Assembly (NCBI RefSeq): GCF_009914755.1
Contig: NC_060933.1
Strand: one strand, 5' to 3'
From: the human T2T-CHM13v2.0 reference genome, Homo sapiens
DNA: 64,000 nt
Below the pieces are notes generated by a model that was not told the DNA's origin, ran no database searches, and worked only from the letters and a program-made list of their open reading frames with translations. This document shows positions 35,504 to 52,700 of the stretch, piece after piece (position 1 is the first letter of the stretch; every line of letters begins with the position of its first letter). The position numbers and the translations under genes are program-made.

Positions 35504-35899
35504 TGCTAGGACAGCTGGTTTGAATAGTTGTCCCCTCCAAAACTCGTGTTGAAATTTAATCCACAATGTGGCAGTATTGAGAGGTGGGGCCTTCAAGAGG
35601 TTATTGGGTCATGAGGGTTCTGCCCAAATGAGTGGATTAATGAGGTATCATGGGAATGGGGCTGATGGCTTTATAAAAAGAAGTGAGACTTGAGCTAGCA
35701 CACTCAGCCCCTCACCATGTGATGCCCTGTGCAGTTTCGGGACTCTGCAGAGAGTTGCCATCAGCAAGATGACTACCAGATGTACTCCCTGACCTTGGAC
35801 TTCACATCCTCTGTAACTGTAAAAAAACAAATTCCTTCTCTTCATAAATTACCCAGTTTCCAGTATCCTGTTATAAGCAACAGAAAATAAACTAAGACA
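35504..35899 (+). mobile_element. MST (MSTC/MSTD-like) solo LTR inserted in L1M
   Basis: ggtttgaatagttgtcccctccaaaactc...ataaattacccagtttc...aactaagaca. Confidence 0.8.
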
Positions 35900-36299
35900 T
35901 CCAGCTTTCTGACTGAAGGCAGTTTTTAGACTATGAGAACAGAAAGTCGGGATCAGGGAGTCCAGTGGAGTGGAGTTGAGGGGATAGAGATTGGCATCTG
36001 GGGAGGATGAAGCACCTGGAAGTTGTGAGATAATTCCAAAAAGAAGGAAGTTATACAGAACAGAAATCTATATTGTATTTTAAATTTTGAATTTTTAAAA
36101 TTGTGGTATTGTTATTTTTATTGTTTTTTTCCCCAAACATGGGAAATATTTGGGAAATAAGCAGTTGGTTGAATCAGTGCATGTGGAACCTGCTGACACG
36201 GAGAGCCAACTGTCCTGGCTGTGACTTCCTAGAGTTAAACTCCACAAAGTTAAATCTGACCAGAATATTAATAAGGTAGCAATTCGGACAGCCACACAA

Positions 36300-38990
<2,691 letters not shown>

Positions 38991-39121
38991 GCATGGGAAT
39001 GAGAAACAAAAAAATTAAGATGGGGTATCTTCTATAACAGAAGTACAAGGAAACTAGATGGCATTTATGGCTAATTCTTTAAAAAAAAATTGTTGGGTTG
39101 TGGGCACATAGGCTTTTTAAA

Positions 39122-39767
39122 AATTATTATTATTATTTTAAGGTCCAGGATACAAGTGCTGGACATGCAGGTTTGTTACACAGGTAAACATGTGCCATGG
39201 TGGTTTGCTGCACCTATCAACCCATCACCTAGGTATTACGTTCAGCATGCATTAGCTATTTATCCTGATGCTCTCCCTCCCTCTACCCACCTTACAGGCT
39301 CCGGTGTGTGTTGTTCCCCTCCCTGTGTCCATGTGTTCTCACTGTTCAGCTCCCACTTATGAGTGAGAACATGTGGTGTTTAGTTTTCTGTTCCTGTGTT
39401 AGTTTGCTGAGGATAATGGCTTCCAGCTTCATCCATGTCCCTGCAAATGACATGATCTAATTCCTTTTTATGGCTGCAGAGTATTCCATGGTCTGTATGT
39501 ACCACATTTTCTTTATCCAGTCTATCATTGCTGAGCATTTGGGTTGATTCCATGTCTTTGCTATTGTGAATAGTGCTGCAATGAACATAGGCATGCACGT
39601 ACCTTTATAACAGAATGATTTATATTCCTTTGGGTTATATACCCAGTAATGGAATTGCTGGGTCAAATGGTTCTAGATCTTTCAGGAATCATCATACTGT
39701 CTTCCACAACGGCTGAACTAATTTACATTCCCACCAACAGTGTAAAAGCCTTCCTACTTCTCCACAG
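39122..39767 (-). mobile_element. Older L1PA (about PA8-PA13) 3' end, 5'-truncated
   Basis: ORF2 C-terminus-like [17 protein letters not shown] on the minus strand; imperfect TSD GCACA(T)AGGCTTT. Confidence 0.88.
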
Positions 39768-41499
39768 CACAGGCTTTAATTTTATTTATTCTTTGTTCTA
39801 TGCTTAAAATATTTTATAATTTAAAACGTTAACACTAAAAGAGATAGCTTAATTCATATAACTCCATTAAATTATCATAGTTACTATGATATTTAACAGA
39901 GGGTTTTCCTCCCATGGCTTATTCTCCCATGTTTATTTGATGTCAGGGCACACATAGATTGATTCATATTCATAGTTTCCTGCTATGCATTCCTGCTTGG
40001 ATATGTAAATGTTTTCATTATCATATTAAACAATTTATTCAAAATGAATTCACTGCTTTTTCCCCTACCTGGACTCACCTTTTCAAGCTCTTCTATTTTC
40101 TTTGCTAGTTTTACCATTTTACAAATCAAAAAATGGTATACTGCTTAGGAGCACTAGCTCTAGAGCCAGGCTGATTGGGTTCCAATCTTGAGTTCACTAC
40201 TCAAAAACTGTATGACCTTGGGCAAGTTACTTCATCACTCTGTGCCTCAGGATAAATGCTGAATACAAGGAAGGTGCTTAGAGCTAAACCTGGCAAATAC
40301 TCACGCTCAATAAACATTAGCCATTCTTTTTTTTTATCTTATTGTTTATATCACTACTATTATTACAACTACTTTTTGACTTATCTTTGTCTCTTCCTTT
40401 GTTCTCCCTATACCAAGGAAGATACTAAGTTCTATTAATTGTTCTCAGGACAATCTGATTTCTTCCAATTTCTGGTGACCAGTATTGGAGGTGGTGACCA
40501 GTAGTGGAGATGTAGACTACTACAGCCTTCTTCGTACAAGCCTTCCTTTTCTTCAATTCTCCCCATTCCAATCTACTGTACGCTACTGTCAAGTTAATCT
40601 TTACCCCTTTCCATAAGCCCTCCTTTCCTATAGTAGGAGTAGTTCTGTGAAGCTCTGCACAAGGAAAAAAAAAATACTTTACAGCAGGTTTCCAAATTAA
40701 TTACTGCTGGAAAAAGTATGATGGTAGAAAGTCTCAAGGCTGAGTTTCAATCCTACAAATTTCAAAGCAAGTTACATTTATTATTACAAGAAGAGCAACA
40801 AAATATTATAAATTGCCTCTGACCAGCATTAACAAGTCCTTATAACATTAGTAATCACTCCTAACATAGTTCGCAATTTGATTTAGTACTATAAAAATAA
40901 CTAGTCTTTTTGTTTGTTTGTTTGTCAGTATAGAAACATCAGTGTCACTTACCTCTCTGGGCCCTGGTTGTCTTTTTATAAATTGAAAAGTTATATAAAT
41001 GCCATCACTCTTATGCTCCCAGACCCTAGAAGCTACCATTAATTGAGCACACTTTTTCCTGATCAGCCCAGAGTAAGCACAGTTATCCAGGATATTAATT
41101 CCAATGGAGGAACAGGCAGAGGTGAATTTATGTCATGCTTGAACTACATAATCTCTGGAGATTCTCCTGATTTTAAAGGTCTGTGATTCTGTTCTAAAAC
41201 TACAAACCTATAGAAAATTCCTCTAATTTAAAACTTATAATTCACTTGAGAATGAATACTACTAGAAATCTAGAAAGCACTCTGAAATATTCTGTAGAAA
41301 TTATTTTTGTATAGCTTCAAGATAAGTGGTTTTAAATTTTAAAATTACATTTTAAACAAATTTTATTGCGATATTTCATTATGAATTCATACTTTTGTAA
41401 CAATGCATTTTAGAACACTACTAAAATGGGCCCAGAAATCTGATATGGGCACATAAAAATTATGCAGCTGAAATTATGAATTTTTTTTTTAACATTTAC

Positions 41500-41700
41500 C
41501 TTTTTTCTTCTTTTGCTCTCAGCTGTTCTTCCTGTCTCAAAACTTGAACCATTATAGATTCAAAAACTCCACTTGTCAAGCCTGCCAAACTTCGCGGTGT
41601 TGACCGACGCCTTGTTGAGGTACATGCAGTTCCCTTCTCATCCTCCAATCCATAATAGCCTCTAGATGTAACTGCTATCGTTGTCTTTTCTCTCAAGTGC
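41500..41700 (-). CDS. BRD10: BRD10 coding exon 2 (201 nt, phase 2-2)
   Basis: Acceptor ttcttctccaag|G, donor AAG|GTAAAT. Continues the exon 1 frame (R-HLREKTTIAV...RAKEEK-R). Confidence 0.93.
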
Positions 41701-42103
41701 CTTGGAGAAGAATAAGTCAATTCACAAGGTCAAATCTTCTGGATAAGCAATAAACCCCCTTAGCCAGCAACTTAAGAATCCCTTTTGCTAAATACATAAA
41801 AGTATTTAAACCTTACTTACTTAGCTTTGTTCTAACTTTTTATCCTCCCTACACAATTTCTCATACTCCTTATGTCATAAAATCAGAGTGACAGTCTCTT
41901 CCCTGCATTAAAAAAAAAAATCTGAGACTGAAGCATTTAAAATATTGACTAAAGCACTATCTCTTTAATAGAAAACAAAGTTTATTGTTTGCAATGTATT
42001 TCATACTATCTATTATTGGTACGAGAAAATGTACAATAATACAGAAACATTTGGAAAAAGAAAATGTAAAATGATACATAAACACTTTGAAAAAATTATA
42101 AAC

Positions 42104-42387
42104 AGCCGGGTGCAGTGGCTCATGCCTGCAATCTCAGCAATTTGGGAGGCCGAGGCAGGCGAATCATCTGAGGTCAGGAGTTTGAGACCAGCCTGACCAA
42201 CACGGAGAAGCCCTGCCTCTACTAAAAATACAAAATTAGCCAGGCGCGGTGGCGCATGCCTGTAATTCCAGCTACTCGGCAGGCTGAGGCAGGAGAATCA
42301 CTTGAACCAGGAGGAGGCAGAGGTTGTGGTGAGCCGAGATCACATCACTGCACTCCAGCCTGGGCAACAAGAGAGAAACTCTGTCTC

Positions 42388-42424
<37 letters not shown>

Positions 42425-42600
42425 AATTAGTCAGGCATGGTGGTGAGCACCTGTAGATCCAATTATTAATATATTAATACTTGGGAGGCTAAGGTGGGAG
42501 GACCGATGCTTGGGAGGTTGAGGCTGCAATGAGCTGAGATCGTACCACTCCACTCCAGCCTGGGTGACAGAGTTCCTACCTCAAAAAAAAAAAAAAAGAA
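42104..42600 (+). mobile_element. AluSp-like element followed directly by the linker and right arm of an older Alu
   Basis: Poly(A) runs into AAAATACAAAAATTAG and a second right arm with its own A tail. Confidence 0.88.
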
Positions 42601-42696
42601 AATTTATATAAATTAAAAGTTGACCCTATAGTTATATTTCCCTGCTTTCCTACAGGCTTTAACATAAAATAGGCTAAAGGTTCATTAAAATGTAAA

Positions 42697-43018
<322 letters not shown>

Positions 43019-44590
43019 TGAAGTCCTGTCCTCCTTGGACTATGTCCAGAGTGATTTATTACACTAAATTAGAATAACTTTGTAACAACCTTACCCTCAG
43101 TGCCATCTAGGTCCCATGAACAGTATGAGTGTAGGATTCTACCAAACTGTAGCACCATTATGTGTTTTCTCTGTTATACGGTGATAACACTATAACTAAT
43201 TCAGCTTTAATAAGGGCATGAATGTTAAATTGGTTTTCCAAAAATACTGAAGAATTTGGGCTAATCTAGCATACCATTTTAGGCTGTGATCCTTCAGTAT
43301 ACAATGGCATACATCTGTATGATAGCTAATTGGGCCGGAAGTAAGGAATTGCGGACCCAGGGAAGATAGCCAACTGGCAACAACAGATACTGAATGGGTG
43401 TACTTGAATTTATTTTAGTATAATATTTTTAGTAGGTGAATTAATTAGCTATATAATTTTAACTACTTCTTCAATACTGATGAAAGAGAACATTAATGGA
43501 CAATATTGCATTGAAAAATAATGACATCTCAGAGGTCACAGCAGGTATGTAGAGCATTGAGGATAAAAATTCAGTAAGTACACAGAACACTGGGGATAAG
43601 GAAAATTGAGAAAAATGGCAAGTTATATGGCTAAATTGTTACATAAGGTCAGAAACTGTATTTTACTCTTTAATTTCAGTTTTATAAGTAGATAAGATAA
43701 AGGTATAAACTTTCTAAATCAGTATTTTCTCAGAACAAAGACCAAAGAGAAAGTAATATCCTTTATTACTCATCAGAAATTAAAATTTATGAGCTTTGAT
43801 ATTTATTACTCATAATTAAAAGAAAATCCAACCAACCATGGTGCTGCTTCTCTCTCACCAACATGTAAAGATAAAAAAGACTGATATTACTCAGGGTTGG
43901 AAAGGATGTAAGGAAGGAAAAATTCTTAAACAACATTAGTAGAAGTGTAAACTGGCAGTCTTTCTAGCAGTCAATTTAGTAATAATCATTAAAGTTTAAC
44001 ATGAACATATCCTTTGACCCACCATGCTTCTCGGAATTTATCCAACAGATGTAATTCAACAACTACAACCAAGAACACTCAGAATATTGCCTGTTATTTT
44101 TTAAAACACTGGAAACATAAATGTTTTTCAATATGAGACAGATTAAATAATGTACTGAACACTACAACATGGAAGAGCATCCATCCATTAAAACGAATCA
44201 AGTATATGTATATGTATTCACTGTTAAAGATGTCCATATTACACTGCTAAATGTAAAAAAGAAGTTTCTGAACAAAATATATTTTTTAACCCAAAAATAA
44301 TTATATATGTGCATGTGTGTTTTGTGTGTGTGTGTGTGTATATATATATATCATGCATGTACAGACACACTACTAGATGCCATATGTGTATTAGTTTTCA
44401 TATGATATGTACGCATACATCTAGTAGTGTATCTGTACATGCATCTAGTAGTGTGTCTGTACACGCATGAGTTCAAACTCTCATCTAGACTACTGCAGTT
44501 GCTTTGTGACAGGCCTCCTGGCTTCTGCTCTGATATTCCTAGAGTCTATTCATATAGTAACCCAGGTAATCCTTTTAAAAAGCAAACCAG

Positions 44591-44954
<364 letters not shown>

Positions 44955-46163
44955 CTAAAGTTCTTATGATCTCCAAGACCTAGCATGATATGGCCTTCGC
45001 CTACCTCTCCAGGCCTAATTTTCTGCCATTCTGACCTTAGCTCTTTGTATTCCAGCTACAAAACTCTCCATTTTATTCTCAGTCATACCAACACAACTGT
45101 TTCCATGCATCTTTGCACTTGATCACTCTCCTTTAAGACACTCTTCCTCCAGATACTCATATGGCTACACTCTATCACTTCATTCAAGTCTCTGTTCAAA
45201 TGCCACAACATCTGAAAGACCTTCCCTAACTTATTTAATAAACGATACCTTATCACTCTCTATTCTTACACTAGTTTCTTTTTCATGTCACTTATCACTA
45301 CACTGCATTATATAATTACTATTTTTTTGGTAATTATCTAATAAAATGAAAGCTCCAGGAGGATAGGAACTTTGTTTTGTTAATGACTGTCATCATGCCC
45401 TCAAATTGTGCCCTATATATCTATATGCGCATAGAAAGTATTTGGAAGAACACAAGCCAAGTTATTTATTTTCCATTTTAAATTCACACACATAATTAAG
45501 GTTTAAAAATTCCAGTCATCTATATTGTCCATAGTAAAAGAATCCCGATTAAACATGTTACTATCTACTTGAGTTCCATTAATCAGTGAATAAAATAAGA
45601 TAAAAAAATAAATTTACCTTTCAAATAGGGTTGTCAAATAATCAATGGCCAAATAAATACACTAAAATAGCTCTCCCATTGCAAAAAACACACTAAAATA
45701 GCTCTCCCGTTGCAAAAATTCAAGCTTTTTTTCTGTCTATTACGGAAATCATTTCATGAAATCTGACAGTAGTTTGAAAATAATAATATGCTGCCATCCA
45801 TAAGCAAACACTAACCAATAATTATGGTTACTTATTGAGTTTTACGTTTACTTTCTTTCTCCCCCTTTTTTTTTTTAACACAAAGCATGTAAAGTCTTTT
45901 CTGTGTTAATACATTCCAAATTTCAGAATTCAGAGGCTTGATTCTGTTTAAAATTATTACAATAAGTCTTAACAAGAAAGTGAATTGATATTAAGCTTTA
46001 CTTATAGTTAACATACAAACTGACACCTACTCCCCTACTAAAAATAGATGTTTGAACACTTTTGCATTATGTGATTTTCTTTTGCTATCAAAAACAATGT
46101 ACATGTGTCACCTATAAAAATTCTATCAGCACACTCAAAACTCATGGTTATCTAATCTGTTTA

Positions 46164-46473
<310 letters not shown>

Positions 46474-46544
46474 CAACTAAATGAAGAGTTTCAATCACTT
46501 AGTTCACCTATCCATTTAAAAATATTAAAATGCAACTTTAGCCC

Positions 46545-47010
46545 TAAGGGTCCTGGAAAGAAATAGATAATATGTAAAAAGATGTGATGTTTATTTAATG
46601 AAGGGACTATTTACAAATGTGCAGGCAAGGTTGAGAGAAAATAGGAAGGGATAGTGAAGCACTCCAGTGCTAGCCACAGCAGAGAACTATTTTACCACTC
46701 TAAGCCCAATATGGGTAGGAGAGTGAATAGTTACTGGAACCCAGAGAGCGGTGACTGTAGGAGAAGGCCATAACGATGGAGCACAGTTACTGACAACTTG
46801 CAACCCAGCAAAAAGGAAGCTGTAGGAATAAATATGTCTGTCCTCTCTGTCCTCCTGTCAGTCCCTCCTATTGGCTGAACCCAATCAGAAGTCAGAGGTC
46901 AAGGCATACCAGTTTGATCCTTATAAATCAGCCTTCTGGGGCACAGAGCACAGTGCACAAGGGTAGAAAATGCATTTACAGGGGCAAATGGAGATTAACA
47001 GCACAGCACA
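46545..47010 (-). mobile_element. LTR33-like solo LTR
   Basis: tttaatgaagggactatttacaaa...ccaatcagaagtcagagg...aggggcaaatgg; reverse of the LTR33 pattern. Confidence 0.55.
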
Positions 47011-47979
47011 CCTTAGAAATACTTTCCAAGAACAACTAATTAAATTAGGAAAGACAGAAAATTTTACTGGGGAATTCTGACAAAAAAATTTGCATATTTG
47101 ATAGATAAGCATCATTCATCTAAGCTTCTGTCTACATTTATGTATCTTTACAAGCTCTGTGCTACAACAGCCATTAAAACCAAGTATCAAAATAAACCTA
47201 ACTTAAAACAAGCCTTTCAAATAGCTCTACAGCCAAGTACGAAACCAAGATTCTCAAAACTAATGAAGTATCACAATGCCCTCACCAAAAACTTTTTATA
47301 CCATCAATAATGTTAAAAAATTTTTTAAATATGCTTATTTACTCTCTCATTTTAAGTATCTAGCTTAGCTTATGTTTTATAATATATAAAACATAATAGT
47401 AAAGTATCCATATATGATTTATAAATAAATATGCATAATCGAAGGTATATATTCAAAATGTTTGCTGCTTGAGAAGCCAGATCATGAAAGTCTGGAGACC
47501 ACTGCTCTTATCTGCAGCTATAAGCTACCTCACACACAAAAAGGTTTTCAGGAAAAGAAGTAGTCTTCATACCCACAAAAAAGCACTTATTAAAGACCAT
47601 TAAACTTACTTTCTACTTGATTTTTACCTTCTATTTTCCCAGTCATTACCTTATTCCCCCTGAATTTCTTTTTCGTCTTCCTTCAGACCTCCAGTCCCTT
47701 GTCTGACTCTCATTTGCTGTAACATAATTCAACTTCTTTTAGCTACTCACATAGATAACCAGTTGAGACCCATAATACATGACTAACCTCTTCTCTTATC
47801 TCCCTGGACCAATTATATTTCTGTCTCAGGCATGTAGCCTCTCTCTTAAATCTCAGCCAAAGGCCCCTTCACTCCTATACTTCTCCTACTGAGCAGGGTA
47901 GAAAAAATAATCCCCTTATAATCTGTTGTCTAACTATAACCTCAGCTGGGCTCAACTGTACCTAATATGACTTCTTTGA

Positions 47980-48527
<548 letters not shown>

Positions 48528-49428
48528 TAATGAAAAATGAATCACTACACAGGTCTTCAGAATTTGTATTTCATTAATTATCTTCTGAGCCTTCAAACTC
48601 TCTTTCTCTGTCTGTTAGCTGCTTTAGCATATAAACAAGTCCAAGTTTCCCTGAGGAACATCTAAACTGCTGATCCAATTCATCTTTCATTCACATCTCA
48701 ATCTATAATGTGGCATCTGCTTGGAGCTACTCCACTGAAATCCCTCTTCCCAGAGATCTCCCAGTTAGGAAATGCAAAGGGTATTTTTCAGTTCTTATTT
48801 TAGTCAACCTTTCTATACCCTATCTGGTCACCCTTTGTTAAGAACTTGAATTGGACTTTGCAGAAAGAACAGTTTTAGATAGATAGGAAAGAGTGGAGAG
48901 AGAATACTAAATAAAGACAAAAATATTCATTCATATTATTCAAATATATTCATCAAAATATTTACTGAGCCACAGGGATTTAGCAAAGAACACGCTAACA
49001 ATTTGTACATATGGAATTAAAAGTATAAACATCAAAGATGACTGATACATTCAGGCTGAAACAATGATAACACCACTGACAAAAATGTGAAAAGTCAAAA
49101 AGAAAAACAGGAAAACTGGGAAGGAGATTTGGGCTAGAAATATACTCAGTTTTTAACATTTTGAGATAACAATTACACAACCAACTGGAAAAGTTCTATG
49201 GACAAAAATATGAAACTAAAACTAAAGGCGGGGGGTTCAAGATACTGATTTAGGAGCCCTTAGTGGTAAGTAAAGCCATTAAACAACAACAGTAAATAAA
49301 TACATATATAAAAATAAATGTATTTATTCCTCTCCAGAGGAGAAGAATACAAACAAAACCTTCCAAAGCCATTATTCATTTCTGCAACAGCAACAGGTAA
49401 ATGACATAACGCCCCAAAGAACAACTGA

Positions 49429-49770
<342 letters not shown>

Positions 49771-52700
49771 TAACTAATTTTTAAAAAATCGTTTTGCTTA
49801 GAATATATTTATTCTGTTTTTCTGAATTTAGGAAAGGCACAAAGGCAAATGCAAAGTTTTTATTTACAGACAAATAGTATTTGAAAAGTGCCTTATCAAC
49901 CTTGACAAGTGTGATAAGCATTTTTAGTAAGTTAGGGCTGCTCTGCTGAACATACTACTACTGCTACAGCTATTCCTACTTCTCAGGAGTTCTCAATGCA
50001 GGCAGAACAGAAGCTCTCTAGGTCACTAACTCTCATACTGTCTCAATATGCTAATGTTCCCTAGAAGATGCTAAAAATGTAATGAGTCTGCAAAGTACGC
50101 AGGTAAATACCTTGGCTTCCTGTCCCTGGCCAACTCTTCTATTTATCTCCTAAGCATTGATGAGGCTTTAAAGTAGCTGATTGTAAATTTAGGACACTTT
50201 CAGATTCAGACAATGGCACAAGGAAGAAAGGCAGGAAAGCTAGAGCAAGTCTTAGCGCCTGCCTACCTGAAATAACAGGTCTTAACAAAGAGATATAGGG
50301 ACTTGGCAAGAGCTAAGGACATAATTAAAATGAGAAGAATGTAGCAAGTGGCTATTACAGTGTCTACAGAAAATAAGTAATGCTATCAACTTTTCATCTT
50401 TCACTTCATGAATGAGAAGAATACCACTCTTATTCCCCACAAACTAGTGATTTTTATTGTTTTCTTGCATATTTCTTATGCGAAGTGAACAAAACATGGG
50501 TGATGCAAATGTTGCTTCTGCTATACTTATTTAAAAGCCACATATCTAATGGAAAAATAAATACATGAAAAAATGGGTTTTTTTTTTTGACAGAGGACTC
50601 ACTCTACCAAATATATTAAAATAAATTCTAAAGTCACAGTAATAAAGTTTAATATCAGAAGATGAATAGTTAGATCAACAGCACACCAGAGAAAGTTAGA
50701 TCCAAGTACACCAGAGACATATGATAAAGAAAAATAGATCCAAATACACCAATAATATATCATAAACATGGTAATTCAAAATAATGGAGAAAGTTGATGT
50801 TGCGACAACTGGCTGGGTATTTGAGAAAAAAATTAAGCTGGATTTCAACCTCACTTCTTCACCAAAACAAATTTCAGGCAGATCCATCCATCCATTCATT
50901 CATTCCTTCATTCAATATTAACTAAGCACTTATAGGTAGTGGGGTAGGTTTGGCAACAACACAGACAACATTCCTGTCTGCTCTGAGCTTACATGGATAG
51001 CAAAGAAGATACACAAAAAGCAAGCACACACAATACATAATAAATAAGTTCAAACTATAAGTTACATACTGTACGTTTTGTAAAGGACAGTCAAGAACAC
51101 TTACTTAAGTGGTAACAATAGAAAGAAATAGGCAAGATTTAAAATATACTTTAGAAGTAGGAAGAATCAATGAAAAATGCTATTTTTTTGGCTAGAGCAA
51201 TTTGGTGGATGGTCAAATCTCTAAGACTAAACTTAGTAAAAATAAACAAAAAAAAGAAAAGTTCTGTTTTGAACATGTTAAAGTTTGAGATGGCTACTGG
51301 ACACTCAATTGGATAAAAGAAACTATTAACAGTAGGATTGGCCTCTTAACAGTAGGAGACCTGGAGACTGGTGAAAGAGGGAGATTTTCTCTTGTACTGT
51401 TCTATTATTGCCCCAGGATGTACACATTTTAAATTAATAAACTATTACGAATATAAACACTAATCACTGGATTGCTAAAAAGTCTACATATATTAGTTAC
51501 AATTCAACTATTTCCTTTAGATTTCCATAATATGTATACACATAATATTTTAATAATCTATATTGCAAATACTGTCAATCCTACCACCACAGGTATCTAA
51601 ATGCTCCCTACTCCTTCAAATCTTTTATGATCCTTTTCTCTCCAGTCTGTCTCTCAGGAGAAAAGACTCCTTTCTCTCAATCCTTACAGCTTTTGTTCAT
51701 AAGCAACCAAGCATGATGATTAAGTGCTATATAGCAAACTCAAACTTTGCATTTAATTTTTTTGGGTGTAAGTAAATAATACATGTGTATATATGAGATA
51801 AAAAAGGGTTTAAATTGTTAGTAAAAAATTAAGAGATTTCAGTTATCCTATAATTTATATACTCTTCTCATGAAACTTTTAAAATAAGTCTTGGATATGA
51901 TTAAGAGCTTTGACTTAAATATTACTATCAATCAAATTTCCTAGCCTGGAATTAATAAGTAGTAGAAATCACTAGCGTACTAGAATTGTACGAAGGATTT
52001 AGATAAACTTAAGAATATAAATGGTTCTCATACTTGTCAGTAGTCTGTGGAATACCCTGAAATACTATCATATTTAATAGTTTTTAAATACCTTCTACTA
52101 GCAACGTTGTATTTTTTAAGGATTATGTTCTTATAAGTATTAAACTGTTACAAATATAAATTTGTGTCTATAAAAACTAAGCTGTCAAATTAAGCATATT
52201 GATATTGTCAATATGTTTATAATTTATTAATTATATTTGCCATAATTCTTTTTTTGGTTATTGGCAAAGTTGCTAAAAACAACTTGGTAGTAGACTAACT
52301 TAAATTGATAAAATTATGTATTTAACATATTTTTTTCCCTGAGAACAGAGAGAAGATTGAAATTATTCAAAGAAACAAAACAACTAAGTCTGACAAATTA
52401 TTTGGAGATGTAAATCTAGCATATTATCTCAATTTGGCAAAATTTCTCTTATATCTAGCATTGCTCTAGGATTTCTGCTATATATAAAACTAATTTTTCC
52501 TGATACATTTATATATATATAATCACCAGACCTAAAAGAAACATAGTCAAACGCAATTCTTTTAACTCGGAAGTCAAGAATAAGCAAAGCTGAAAATTAA
52601 AGGATGGGAAAAGATCAAATTGAGTCTAGTTTTCTCCTTCTCTAATTCATTTCATCTATGCATCCCTTGTAATTCCCTAGCTTAAAATCCTTCATACAAC

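Noticed and set aside
43330-43345. Isolated ETS motif CCGGAAGT as an intronic enhancer
   Set aside because: A single 8-mer is expected by chance in 64 kb and has no supporting cluster.
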